From positions 14,386,001 to 14,450,000 of the forward strand of contig CM059432.1 of the NCBI GenBank assembly GCA_030390025.1: a stretch of DNA of 64,000 nucleotides, written 5' to 3'. Position 1 is the stretch's first letter. Every line of letters begins with the position of its first letter. The notes beneath the pieces were generated by a model that had not been told where the DNA came from, did no database searches, and worked only from the letters and a program-made list of their open reading frames with translations. This DNA is from Squalus acanthias (Eukaryota). Made by a program: the position numbers and the translations under genes. This document shows, piece after piece, positions 41,552-53,700 of this stretch.

Positions 41552-42523
41552 CGAACACCTCGGGCTGGATTTTCAATGACCCATGGAGTCGGGTTTGGAG
41601 GCGTGTGGGGGGTTAAAGTTGCAGATTCGGGGGTCCCGACCCCATCCCGCCTCCACGCAATTTTGATAAAATTGTGTGCGGTGTTCCCGACTCCGTCCCG
41701 CCTCCAAGAGGCAGGAGAGGCCATTAAAGCCCTTAACAAGCCCTAAATTGGCTCTGTAATGCCATTTTGAAACATTTTAGCTAGTTTAACCCTTTTCCGA
41801 CGTGAAGCACGCCTGATGTGAAACACGCCAGTGAAACCTGGCGGGAGCACAAGTGGATAGCTGACTATCAGCTGCAAGTCCACTATTACAACGGAGATGT
41901 GATGAAGGTAGCAGTAGTATTAGGTCTGAAAGTCGCCTCTGATGCTGCTGCATTGAATGTCTTCAGAGACTGCCTGGCCTTTGCTGTGAGAGGACCTGGA
42001 TGCAAAAAAAATTCTCTCTCTCTCTCTCTCTCCTTAGAGCTGCTGCTCATTTTGCATCCAGGTCCTCTCACAGCAAAAGCCAGGCAGTCTCTGACCTGAC
42101 CTGCAATGCTGCAGCAATGATGACATCATCAGAGGCGACTTTCAGACTGAAACCACTAATTAGTTCATGGGTTCCCACATGCTGGAACTCAATTGCCCAA
42201 TTAAGTGAAAATAGCATCAATCTCCCACATCCAAATGCAGTCGGGTGGATAACACGAAATGCGGATGACACGACCCCAACTCGCCCCAGTATCAAAATCC
42301 AGCCCCTCGAGTCTCTTCGCCGGGAGCAAGCAGAAGCAAAGCGCAAACAGCGGGAGCAGCGCACGACAACCCAAGCACCCCACCCACCCACCCCTTCAAC
42401 CACCGTCTGCCCCACCTGTGACAGAGACTGTAGATCCCACATTGGACTCATCAGTCACCTGAGAACTCATTTTTAGTGTGGAAGCAAGTCATCCTCGGTT
42501 CCGAGGGGCTGCCTAAGAAGAAG
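41552..42523 (+). mobile_element. Short RTE 3' end (13-bp TSD) split by a MITE
   Basis: aaaaacgatgtgc at 41539-41551 and 42524-42536; RTE sequence ccgaacacctc|gagtctcttcgccggg matches the uninterrupted copy near 24485-24515; aagaag tail. Confidence 0.88.
41562..42305. mobile_element. MITE, PIF/Harbinger-like, 12-bp TIR, 3-bp TSD, large internal hairpin
   Basis: TIRs gggctggatttt / aaaatccagccc; CTC duplicated at 41559-41561 and 42306-42308. Confidence 0.85.
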
Positions 42524-45067
42524 AAAAACGATGTGCTAAAGTGTGGTAAAATTTCACGAACATTAATAATAGGAAAATATTGATTATTTTGGGCAATCCA
42601 ATAATACTAGCGTCACACTTTAATAATCTAAAATAGGAGATTGTACTCTCATTCCACTGAAATACTAAGCAGAGCAAAATATTTAATGCCAAATGAATGA
42701 CATGTCTCTCAGAATTCCAGCCTTTATTTGCTCAGACTTTTTGGAAGCATCATCCGGAGGGGCAGCTTGAATCCTGTGAGGACCAGGTTACCATTAGAAA
42801 CCATAACAAATGTCACACTGTGAGAATGTCCTCTACACGAAATAAATAATCCCCTGGCTGTAATACCTCACTGCTCTAACGTTTTGCTTTTTTTTCCCCT
42901 ATGGGATTGAGAATAAAAGGTCCGGGTGTTTTGCAAGGTATATCTAAAGCTACTTATAAAAGGTTTCCAATTACAAGAACAATTGCACAGCTACAGTTGC
43001 CTTCCAGGATATCGTGCCTGGATTAAAGATTCCCATCAAACGTTTATAACACCGAAAGATTTATTGCAGAGCTGCACTCTATGAAAAATAGGCAGCCCAC
43101 AGTTTGTTTTCACGACATGATGGACTGCTGACGAAAACAATGCAGCATTCAACCGAGTGAATCCAGCCAAGCCAACCTGTGTGCACCTCAGATGTAAGGA
43201 AATCCCAACTGTCTGTAAGTCTCCCTCACCAGTCTCAGCTCGTTGACATTAATCCGAGCACAGATGCAGCTGTGTGTTAGACGTGCTATTGTATACAGGT
43301 CCCGACTGTGTGAAAGCAACCCCCACCCCCTCCTCACAAATTAAACGCCTTTCCAAGATTTGTTTGCAATGCTGTCTACATGTCATGGTTCTACAATCCC
43401 TGTCCAGTCCTCTTTATCAGCGAACCACATCGTCTCCGACAAGACTGCTCCTGTTTTAGCACTCACTGCAAGCACAGTGATTGGAAATGGGATATGAATG
43501 ACGAGTTTTACTACGGGAATCTGCCCAAGAACATGGAGAGATTGGATCAAATAAAATCTGAAGGAAAACAACGGGCTTGATGTTAAAAAAAATTTTTATT
43601 GCAGTAGTTTCATAAATCATGAACCAGTGCAAGCCAACTATAAACTCAACAATCCAGCTAACAAGGTCAACCTGATCTGTTAATACAGCAGTCAGCTGTA
43701 TATGGCCATCAGGATGAACGCTCGCTCCCATTGCTGACATCTTTTGGGTATCTATCAAAATCCAGAATGTAGAATTTCTTGGCTTTGCCCAGGCACTATT
43801 GGTGCAGCGGGCCAGTGCTTCAACGAGCTGCACAATGGACCAATAAAATGGCTGCATAGAGTGACACCACTATTCCCGGCTAGAATGGATCATACATTCC
43901 CTACTCAGAAGTGAAATTTCCATGACATCCTCAATGTCTGGAGTTGTGTTGACCAGAAAAAAAAGATTTTTCTGAACTTGAGCGGTAACTTCAGTTATTG
44001 GTGCAGGGATTCACCTGAGTTAGCGAGTGTGACATCTATTCTCTTGGCGGAGTTGCAGTCGATGCTCCTTTGCTGGAAAACTGACCCAATACAGATTGCA
44101 ATACCCCAAAGGATGAAGTGATCTTTGCTCTGGTGGCAGATGCTGCTGGTGTTGAAGATCAAGAAAAAGATTGAGAGAGTCACGCGGGGCATGATGCTTT
44201 CTCCCTAACCGTACAAATTAATGTCGAATGTGTCTCAGAAATTGCTTTCCAGGCACTGTAGAATTACTCGCAGCATCCAACAACTGATTCTCAGTCTGAG
44301 CACTCAGTGCCTGTGCTTCTTGCTCTTTGAATTAACTAGATTTCAAGGCCTTAGTGGTGGAATGTGGGAGACTGAGTGACATCATCCTTTCTTCCAGGAT
44401 CATTTTCCGCCATCTCACAATGAGCCTTCTTTGATCGTTTGGAACAGGCCCTGCACTATGAAAAGACAGCATGTCACTGTGCATTGCTGAAAAGATTCGA
44501 TAACAGGATGTGAAGCGTTTGGAATATGAAAACTGGCATCGATTAATGCAGTCCTCAGGATGAACCTCATCAAAACAATGACGCTCATTAGCACACATTT
44601 TGAATGAAGGACTTAAATGTGGAAGTTTAAGATTGCACTGAAACCTTTCGGCATCGACATTAAGAATTGAGACGTCAAATAGGAAAGAAAATCCTACAAA
44701 CGAATCCCAAGAATTTTAACCAACGGTCTTGCACAGTGTAATGGTCCTTTTTCTGCTGCCCCCTGGCGTGGGTGGTTCCTCGGAAACTTGTTTCACACAC
44801 GTTGCACCCAGAATTGAATTTGCAAACCAACAATCACGTGGAGGGTAAACACGGGCCGAACGGCCTGTATTCCAACTTCTCTGTATTTCTATGATCAAGT
44901 CGGCTGGAATACACTTCAACTCATTACAAAGTAACTTAGTGAGACATGCAATTGGAGTGTTCCACTTTCAATCATAGAATTAGGGCATAAGTCAGCTATT
45001 GAATGAATTAATAACACAATTAATGAAAGGAAAGGTCAGCATAACTGGTGAGTGGAAGAACTTTGCT

Positions 45068-45450
45068 AACATAGAAACATAGAAAAATAGGAGCAGGAGT
45101 AGGCCATTCGGCCCTTCGAGCCTGCTCCGCCATTCAATATGATCATGGCTGATCCTCCATCCCAATACCATATTCCCGCTCTCTTCCCCATACCCCTTGA
45201 TGCCTTTTGTGTCTAGAAATCTATCTATCTCCTTCTTAAATATATTCAGTGACTTGGCCTCCACAGCCTTCTGTGGTCGAGAATTCCACAGGTTCACCAC
45301 CCTCTGAGTGAAGAAATTTCTCCTCATCTCAGTCCTAAATGTCCTACCCCGTATCCTGAGGCTGTGACCCCTCTTGCTAGACCCCCCCAGCCAGGGGAAA
45401 CATCCTCCCTGCATCCAGTCTGTCTAGCCCTGTCAGAAATGTATACGTTG
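45068..45450 (-). mobile_element. CR1 3' end
   Basis: ORF 44992..45414 RGHSLRIRGRTFRTEMRRNFFTQRVVNLWNS; (tttctatg)n tail. Confidence 0.9.
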
Positions 45451-45482
45451 GAACATCACTAAAGAGAGATATGAAGAAAAGA

Positions 45483-45900
45483 AGGGGGTTATTTTAGTGA
45501 AAGGGTGAAAACAAGTGTTCAATGGGTGCTGTGCTAATAAGACGTGCCTGTTTGAAAGTCTGGTTTTAACCTGCAATTTTGGGGCTAATTAACGACTGCC
45601 ATGATTTAAACGTGCCCGGATGCGCGAAAACAGACACCTGCGGGTTTAGTACTCAAGCGCTGTTTAAGAAGCAATTTTTGTGGAGTATGGAATATGCAGC
45701 CTCCGTGCGCCCGCTTCCACTGAAGGGGTGGAGTGCGCTGGCCGACGCACAACGGAACGTTTCAGGGTGGCTCAGGGATCGAGGGGGGAGGGCGCACAGG
45801 TGCTCGGATGCGGCACTGGAGGTCCTGGAGGAGGAGGTGTCAACAAGGGGTGGACCTCAGCAAGAACCCGGGAAGATATCCAGAAGGTTTACAACTTGAA
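45483..45900 (+). mobile_element. Probable Harbinger-derived fragment containing the start of a Myb/SANT-like ORF
   Basis: Begins gggggttattttag (TIR-like); 45789-45839 reads RAHRCSDAALEVLEEEV, resembling the RAPRFS..ELEVLVEEV start of Harbinger Myb-like proteins. Confidence 0.5.
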
Positions 45901-46776
45901 AAGGAGCGCCAAAGTAAGGCAAGAATATTAGCCTGTCTTAATGTGGAGATGAAGGGCAGATGTGGGGAGTGCATTTGTGTTAAAACACCAACGAGAAGAA
46001 GCTGAACTCACCCACCTTGGTGGATGATTTCCCAGTTGCAAAGTCAGACGCTCTTAATATGGAAACAAAGGGCACACATCTTGAAGTGCATCATTCTTTC
46101 ATTGTACAGATAATAGACTTTTTTTCTCCAAAATAACACAAACTAAACATATGCATCTCTTCGCTAAAAGATAAACAGGAAAAGCAACGAGCAGTTAGTT
46201 CGTTACCTGACTGAAAATACATCTAATGGAAAGTCACGGTACATTCACACGTTTAAAAAAAAGGGCTCTGAGGTGATAGGTAGTTAAGATGCTAATGGAC
46301 TAATGTCGGCTGTTTCCTCATAGACTATAAATAACTGCATCAGCAATCAAAAAAATACCTCACACCCATTGTGTGGGAAAGTTTTGATCCCTTTTCTCTG
46401 GCTGTGAACAGCATGAGATAAAACACAATTAGGTTGCTGAAACAGAATGCTTCGAGGCAGTCAGGCTCGAGGCGGCAGGAGAGACTGCAGCGCTTCGAGA
46501 AGAAGTCCCACCTTCACTTTCTGAAGGGCAACTGGGGATGGACGATAAATGCCAGCCTTGCCAGCGACCACTACCCAGGGAATTTATTTTTGAGAAAATT
46601 CCATTAACAAGTATATTTTTGGCGTTGGGCGGGGGTTAAGACTCAGCAGCAGGTAAAAGGGAAGAACATTCTGTTACCACTGGTCTTGGACATCGATGGA
46701 ATAATATTCCTTCCTACTGAAGTGTGCCACAGGATTTTTGCCAGGCACTTGAATGGTTGCATATGTACAGTCAATG

Positions 46777-47165
46777 GGGTAGAAATTAATCTCTGGCGAT
46801 AACGCTAATCAGGCGCTATGACATTGGCCGCCTGTTATACGCCCCGCTTGATATTCAGTTTTGTTGAAGTGAATGGAACTGGATATCCGGCGGGCAGGTA
46901 TGACAGACAGTCGGTGCAGATTTTGGGCAGTCTCGGGGACATCGAAGGCTAAGGGAGGGGGAAGTGGGGTTAGGAGTCGCAGTCAAGGGAGGGAGGCCTA
47001 AAATCTCCTTGTGGAGCATGAAGGCGCTCTCCCGCTCCTCCTGTTCCACTTTTCTGGGCCTCTTCTGGCCCCGGATCTGCTTGCCGCCAGATTTTACTGG
47101 TGAGTCCGGCACTGGGCAGGACGGCCCTGATTTTTTTTAGTTAAAATGGCATTGAGGACCTAATT
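46777..47165. mobile_element. GC-rich MITE-like fragment
   Basis: ggggtagaaatt start; contains the family motif gggcctcttctggccccggatctgc. Confidence 0.5.
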
Positions 47166-47169
47166 GCAT

Positions 47170-47750
47170 CGTGTCTGGGGTAGATGCCAAAGCAGAAAGT
47201 AATCAGTCCTTCTAATGGAGAGGATATGGGGTCTGAACTCAGCTCAAGGTTGAACAGGGTTCCAATGCTGCAAACGGTTCAGCCTGAGACAGTGGCTGGG
47301 GAGGGAAATCAAATCGGTGGCAAGGGGGCAGCATGTGTGGTAGGAACCGAAGACGGTGTTCCTCATGTTGAGTTGGAGGACTTATCCAAGACTGGATGTT
47401 GGGAAAAACAATCTGACAACACAAAGGCAAAGTGTCAAGGTGTTGGTGGAGAGGTAGAGCTGAGTGTCGTCGGGATACATGTGAAAACTGAACTTGGGCC
47501 TTCGGATGATGTCACTGAAGGGCAGCATGCAGATGAGGAAGAGGAAAGCCAAGGATAGATCCTGTGGAGACTCCACAGGGGAGGGTACACGGGCGGAATG
47601 AGACGCAATTGCAGAAATGCACAGGCATGATCGGTAGGAATGGAACATGTGAGGGCAGCCCCGTGAGCTGGACAATGGAGGAGAATGGTGCGGTCAACCA
47701 TGAATAATGCTACGTGGAGGATTGAGGAGGGATAATGTCGCTGTCACAAA
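47170..47750 (-). mobile_element. Degraded L2 RT fragment
   Basis: ORF 47382..47675 FLICMLPFSDIIRR..FSFHMYPDDTQLY. Confidence 0.75.
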
Positions 47751-48014
47751 CGATGATGTTCTCATGTCAACAGGTCTACATTCAGTGTTGTTTTTGAAAT
47801 GTCAGCTTTTTTAACAGCTGTGTAAAATTATTTTTAAGCTTTTCTGCAGCTGTTAGTCAACCTTTGCTGGTTTTCTGGGTTGGCATGTATGCATTTGGTG
47901 TGATGAATTGTGAATAAGCCAAGTTTGATTGCACCCCAGAAAGCATAGCTACAACAAACCAGCTGTGCTTTTTAAATCATTGGCATCACAGTAAAGTCAA
48001 AGAAAAAGAGTTAA

Positions 48015-48468
48015 GGGGCGATTTTAATCCTACCCGGCAGGAACCGGGCAGGCGGGGGGTGGGGGGGGCGGGAGGGCTTACTGGCCAATGTCCTGCGCCA
48101 TTCCTGTTGTCTTCTATTTAACATGCTCTTCTGAGCAGGCGGCAAAGACACCCGCCTGAAGCCAGCAGGGTCCTTCCTTAAATATATGGATCAGGGTCCA
48201 ATTACATCATCGTGCCCCGACTGCAATTTTAACCGGTGGCCTGACCGGGGCAAGCGCAAGCGTTGTGGCTTTCCCACCAGATGAAGATGTCAAGAAGAGG
48301 AGCTGGAGCCAGAAGAGGCGCAAAGAGATAAGTTTTTCTAAACTTTTTTTAACTTTCCTCGTGGGGCCGGGAGGTGCAGGGCTTCACTCTGCCGAGATCG
48401 GCGGGGGAGGGTTTGGCACTGGCCTCGGCACCGCTCGCCCAATTCCCACTCCGGGTTAAAAGCGGGCC
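48015..48468. mobile_element. MITE-like element
   Basis: ggggcgattttaa ... gttaaaagcgggcc termini; family internal motifs present. Confidence 0.65.
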
Positions 48469-48750
48469 TTTAGTGAAAGCCGGTAAGGAGGTACAAGTGC
48501 ATTTAATGGATGAATATGGCTAAACCCTATAATCACTGTGAGTTTAGAGTCATCAATGTATTTAATATTGGTTGTGTAGTGTTTTGCATCTTTGTTGTTT
48601 TAAAGGGAAGTGTAAAATACAAATAGCAACTAGGGGGTGCACGAACAGAGAGACCTGGGGTATGTGTGCACAAATCGTTGAAGGTGGCAGGGCAGGTTGA
48701 GAAAGCAGTTAAAAAGGCTTACGGGATCCTGGGCTTCATAAATAGAAGCC

Positions 48751-48955
48751 ATGATGTGGAGATGCTGGTGTTGGACTGGGGTGGACAAATGTGAGAAGTC
48801 GCACAACACCAGGTTATAGTCCAACAGCTTTATTTGAAATCACAAGCTTTCGGAGCGCTGCTCCTTCGTCAGGTGACGAAGGAGCAGCGCTCCGAAAGCT
48901 TGTGATTTCAAATAAAGCTGTTGGACTATAACCTGGTGTTGTGCGACTTCTCACA
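48751..48955 (-). mobile_element. Penelope-like hairpin insertion (family A) with TSD
   Basis: 84-bp perfect inverted arms 48788-48871 / 48874-48957, an unpaired tail of about 37 nt (48751-48787), and ttcataaataga duplicated at 48735-48746 and 48956-48967. Confidence 0.85.
48840..48876 (-). ncRNA. Minimal type-I hammerhead ribozyme motif
   Basis: Minus strand UCAC-CUGACGA-A-GGAGC-AGC-GCUCC-GAAA-GC-UU-GUGA: both core boxes, stem I, stem II and palindromic AAGCUU stem III. Confidence 0.7.
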
Positions 48956-49924
48956 TTCATAAATAGAGGTACAGAGTACAAAAGTGTGGAAATTATGATG
49001 AACCTGTATAAAACACTGGTTTGGCTCCAACTGGAGTATTGTGTCCAATTCTGGGCACCACACTTTAGGAAGGATGTGAAGGCCTTAGAGAGGGTGCAGA
49101 AAAGACTTACGAGAACGATTCCGGGAATGAGGGGCTTCAGTTATGTTGATAGACTGGAGAAGCTGGGGTTGTTCTCCTTGGAGCAGAGAAGATTGAGAGG
49201 AGATTTGATAGAGGTGTTCAAAATCATGAGGGATCTGGACAGAGTAGATAGAGGGAAACTGTTCCCATTGGCAGAAGGGTCGAGAACCAGAGGACACAGA
49301 TTTAAGGTGATTGGCAAAAGAACCAAAGGCGACGTAAGAAAAAACTTTTTTACGCAGCGAGTGGTTAAGATCTGGAATCCCAAGCCTGAAAGGGTGGTGG
49401 AGGCAGATTCAATCTTGGTTTCAAAGGGGAGTTGGATAAGTATCTGAAGGAAAGAAAGTTTCAGGGCTATGGGGAAAGGGCGGGGGAGTGGGACTAGCTG
49501 AAGTGCTCTTGCAGAGAGCCGGCACGGGCTCGAGGGGCCAAATGGCCTTCTTCCGTGCTGTAACCATTCTATAATTCTATGAACTCAAAATTCCAGAGCA
49601 GATAAAGTTAAAGGGAGATCTAACAAAAGTTTTCAAAATTTTGAGAGGGTTTGAGTGTAAATAGTGAAAAGATTATTTCCACTGATCAGTAAATCAGTAA
49701 CAAGGGGGCATAAATTTAAGATTAGTACTAGAAGCATAAAAAGGGAGGTTAGAAAGAATTTTTCACGCAAGAGGTTATTAAAATAAGTCTATTAAAACTC
49801 ACTCAATCAGGACATTTAAGAAGGAATTAAATAAACAATTGAAGAGAAATTTTGAACGGTATGGGCAACAAGTAGGAAATTAGAGCAGATAGCTCCGATG
49901 TGGAATTAGCAGCACAGTCACAAT

Positions 49925-50627
49925 GGGTGGAATTTGAAATTCCCCACCGCTCAGCGAGAATGGGATAGACGGTTGGTTAAAATGGCGGTCGGGCGCTACC
50001 CACTGAATTCCTGACACGCTCGTTCACGCCCAGCGCCATTTTAACTGTCGGGTATTCGGCAGCATCAGGGCCGCGAGCCACATCAATTATTTAAATGTTG
50101 GGGTACGGTGACGTCATTCGGACCTTGATGCCAATCGCGGCAGAGACGCTCAGTGCCTGACCATCAGTGTAACCTACTGGAAGGCAGGATTATGGCCAGA
50201 AGAGGCCCAGGTAAATCATTTTTGATAGTTTCCTTGTGGGCCCAGGTGGAGCAGGAATGCCCTTCCGAACTCCAACAGGACCTCCCTTGCCCCGGAATTC
50301 CCTCCTCCTCCCCGAACGCAATTGCCTCCGGACGTCCCCCCCCACCCCCACCACCCCCCCCCCCCCCCCCCCCCCCCACCCCACCCCCCAACCACCTACC
50401 TAATGCTGGGGACCGTTTGCTCGGGTCTCTGGCGACGGCCTCCTGCCGCTCGAAAACCCTCCCGCCCCCTCCCATTGGTCTCCTCAGCATTCCCGCCGGG
50501 ATTGATTCCTGCAAGTTGGTAATGAGGCCCGGCTATTAAAATTGGCTGGGTCTCCCAGCTGCTACTCCCAGACAGGCCAGCCGCTCTCGCTAGGCCGCGT
50601 TCCCGCCCGGGAGTTAAAATCGACCCC
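49925..50627. mobile_element. MITE-like element with an internal poly-C tract
   Basis: gggtggaattt ... gttaaaatcgacccc termini; ggccagaagaggcccaggtaa family motif. Confidence 0.65.
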
Positions 50628-51377
50628 GATGATCAAATGGCCTCTTTCAGCACTAATATTTTTATGGAGGAAATTTTTAACTTTGGCTGCGGAGAAAACT
50701 GGCAACCCTTCGATGAATTACGGCCATGCAACATGCTGCCACCTGTGTGTTAGTCTCTATGTAATATACACTAGCTGCCTAATACTTGGTAAACTAATGT
50801 GGGAAGAAAAACAGAAAAGGACCCGTATTATATTCACCTATGATGGTATTATTCCATATTACTGTTGACGCAAAGCCAATTGATACCCTTTCTTGAAGTT
50901 CTCACAATATTGCGTCTTTTAGCACCTAGGTTCTAATGGAATGAGTTCCCAATTTTTACTTTGAAAATATTGCTAATGTACAATCACATAAAGTAACATG
51001 AAAGTGGACGGAGAGAAACACTGTAATTCAAAGCCTTGTGAATCTAATGAGGTTCATAAATGCTCCATCAATTCAGTGACAGCCTTGCGATGAGCTCCAT
51101 ATCAATCACTATGATCAATGCAGCCTTGGGAGTTCCTAGACAATTTATGACTATCATAAGCCAGTGAAATTTCAGTTTTCACAGTGAGTCAGAGCAGGAA
51201 GAGCAGTATAAATCTATCTTGATGCTGCATATTTGACTGCAATTGTTGACAAAATCTGACATTCTGAGGGCTTCGCACTAGTTGCAGTACAACAGCAGCT
51301 AGAGTGAACCAATCTTTTAAATCTTATTTATCATATATTAAAAATGGTGTGTCAAAATAGTAAACTCTGCTGACGGT

Positions 51378-51867
51378 GTCCTAACTCGCACCAAGTCCCG
51401 TTCAACCTTCACCCCTGAGTTCGCTGATCTATATTGGCTCACGGTTAAGCAACACCTTGATTTTAAAATTCCCATCCTTGTTTTCACATCCCTGCATGGC
51501 CTCGCCCCTCCCTATCTCTGTAACCTCCTCCAGCCCGACAATCCTCAGAGATATCTGCGCTCCTCTAATTCTGGCCTCCCTCTTGAGCTTCCCCGATTTC
51601 AATCGCTCCACCATTGGCGGCCGTGCCTACAGCCTCCAAGGCCCCAAGCTCTGGAACTCCCTCCCTAAACCTCTCTAACTCTCTACCTTTCTTTCCTCCT
51701 TTAAGATGCTCCTTAAAACCTACCTCTTTGACCAAGCTTTTGGTCACCTGCCCTAATATCTCCATTGTGACTCGTTGTCAAATTTTATTTGATAACGCTC
51801 CTGTGAAGCGTCTTGGGACGTTTTACTATGTTAAAGGTGCTATATAAATACAAGTTGTTGTTGTTGG
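51378..51867 (+). mobile_element. L2 LINE 3' end
   Basis: Co-linear with the other L2 3' ends; (gtt)n tail. Confidence 0.88.
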
Positions 51868-53374
51868 TATTGCACCTGCAGCTGACATTGTGAGCGTAAC
51901 GTTACATGACTCATTAACTTAATTGGAACTCCTCAACATTACGTGGTCTCTTCTACCATTCATACATTCAAAATTGGCGTGTATTTTGAGAATCCATAAT
52001 GACCTTACTATTTAGAACCTTCAATGTAATTCTCTTACCTTATTTTGTATAAAACCAGCTGAAAACTAAAACACAAGTTGTTCCCAGAGGCAATTTATCC
52101 AGACAAAAGTGGAAAGTGGAAGTGGGAAGAGTCATTCGCAGTGGCACCAGCATTAAACAGCTCCGATGGCCAGAGCTTGAAATTTTCCTTAAAAAAAAGT
52201 TCTCTTTAAAGTTCCGGGAATGTAAATGGCCTAGTTTATAATCATTACTTCCAAAGTGAAATCCTGACCACTCACTGATATGGACTCTTCCAACCCCAGC
52301 CGCCCTCATAGTTCCAAATCCCAATGTACCTCAGAGCACCAGTACTAGCAACATGCAGGAATTCTGGTAATTATCAGTGGGGGAAGGAGACAAATCCAGT
52401 AAAGTCATTGATCAGTGACTGAAATGCGCAGCAATAGCTATGGACCGGCGATCTATCAACAAAGCAGTCGGCCCCATTCATAGAACATACAGCAGCAGTC
52501 AACACCCAGCCATATCTGAAACAGCCTAATCAACTTCCTTCCCCTCCCACAGTACGGTAAACTCTTGCACACTCTCCTCAAACTGAGCAAAAGAATAAGG
52601 CCCGGGTAAATCTTCCTACCTTTCTCTCTTCTCTCCTCTGCCTCTCTCCCTCCCCTACCATCCCCAGCACCTTCACCCCATCTCCATCAGCCTTTCCTAC
52701 TCATCCCTGTCTCCCACCTTCTCTGCACGCTACCTTCCTACTGCTTCCCTTTTCCCTCCTTCCCCCTCCCATCTGTCTTTTTCTTCCTCCCTCTTCCCGG
52801 TCTTGGTCCAATTATATTCTCACCCTGTATCTCTGCTTGATCTAAATAGTATCCTTGGTCTTGATTCCTGGGTGCAACACCATGGGAGACTGACTAGACA
52901 AGTTTTTTCTTGAAATTACAGAATGCTGGGACACAAATGCAATTCCAAAATAGCTGATGAGGGCCATAGTGCAGAAGCCAGGGAGTTCCCACATGTAAGA
53001 AAATTAAAGGGAGTCACCTTGGGCTATATTTAGGCCTCTTAGTGTCAAGCTCAGAGCAATACTTCTGATGGCCTATTTGTCCTTTCATCTGCACTTGGTG
53101 TACGGCCTGGAGATACCAGACAGGCATAAAAATCAAAAGAAAAATACAGCATATTTACCTCTTCAAAGTAAAAAAAAGTAATCTGGATCTAGGTTAAAGC
53201 TGCGTCTACAGTGCCCGGCAATGTCCCCACTCCCAACCCCAGAGAACTCCCATCAGCTATCATTTAGGCTTCTCTGAGTGAGATGATCAATTTAGTGCCA
53301 AATTATGGCCTATTTTGTGTTGTGTGTTCACACTGACTAGGAACTGAGCAAACAATGGACAACTGTAATATATT

Positions 53375-53700
53375 TAGTACAGTACTGTGGGAGTGCTGCA
53401 TTGTCAGAGGTGGCGTAATTTGGATGTGACATTGAACCGAGGCCCCATCTGCTCTCTCATGAGCATAAAAGATCCCAGGGCACATTTTTAGAAGAGATGG
53501 GGAAATCCTCCCAATGTCCTGGCCAACATTTATCATCTCAATCAACATCACCATGGGAGCTTGCTGTGTGCAAATTGGCTGCTGCGTTTCCCTACATTAC
53601 AACAGCGACTACACTTCAAAAGTATTTCAGTGGCTGTGAAGCGCTTTGGGACATCCTGAGGCCGTGAAAGGCAGCATATAAATGCAAGTTCTTTCTTTCT
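53375..53700 (+). mobile_element. Deu-domain SINE (5'-truncated, diverged)
   Basis: Deu-like core and tail aaatgcaagttctttctttct. Confidence 0.8.

Larger units (their letters stand above)
48617..49582 (+). mobile_element. CR1 3' fragment interrupted by a Penelope-like hairpin
   Basis: ORF 48941..49447 LYKTLV..QLEYCVQFWAPH...; (attctat)n tail; a further decayed CR1 piece follows to about 49920. Confidence 0.9.

Noticed and set aside
50153..50539. Polyproline or polyglycine ORFs
   Set aside because: Caused by a poly-C tract inside a MITE-like element.
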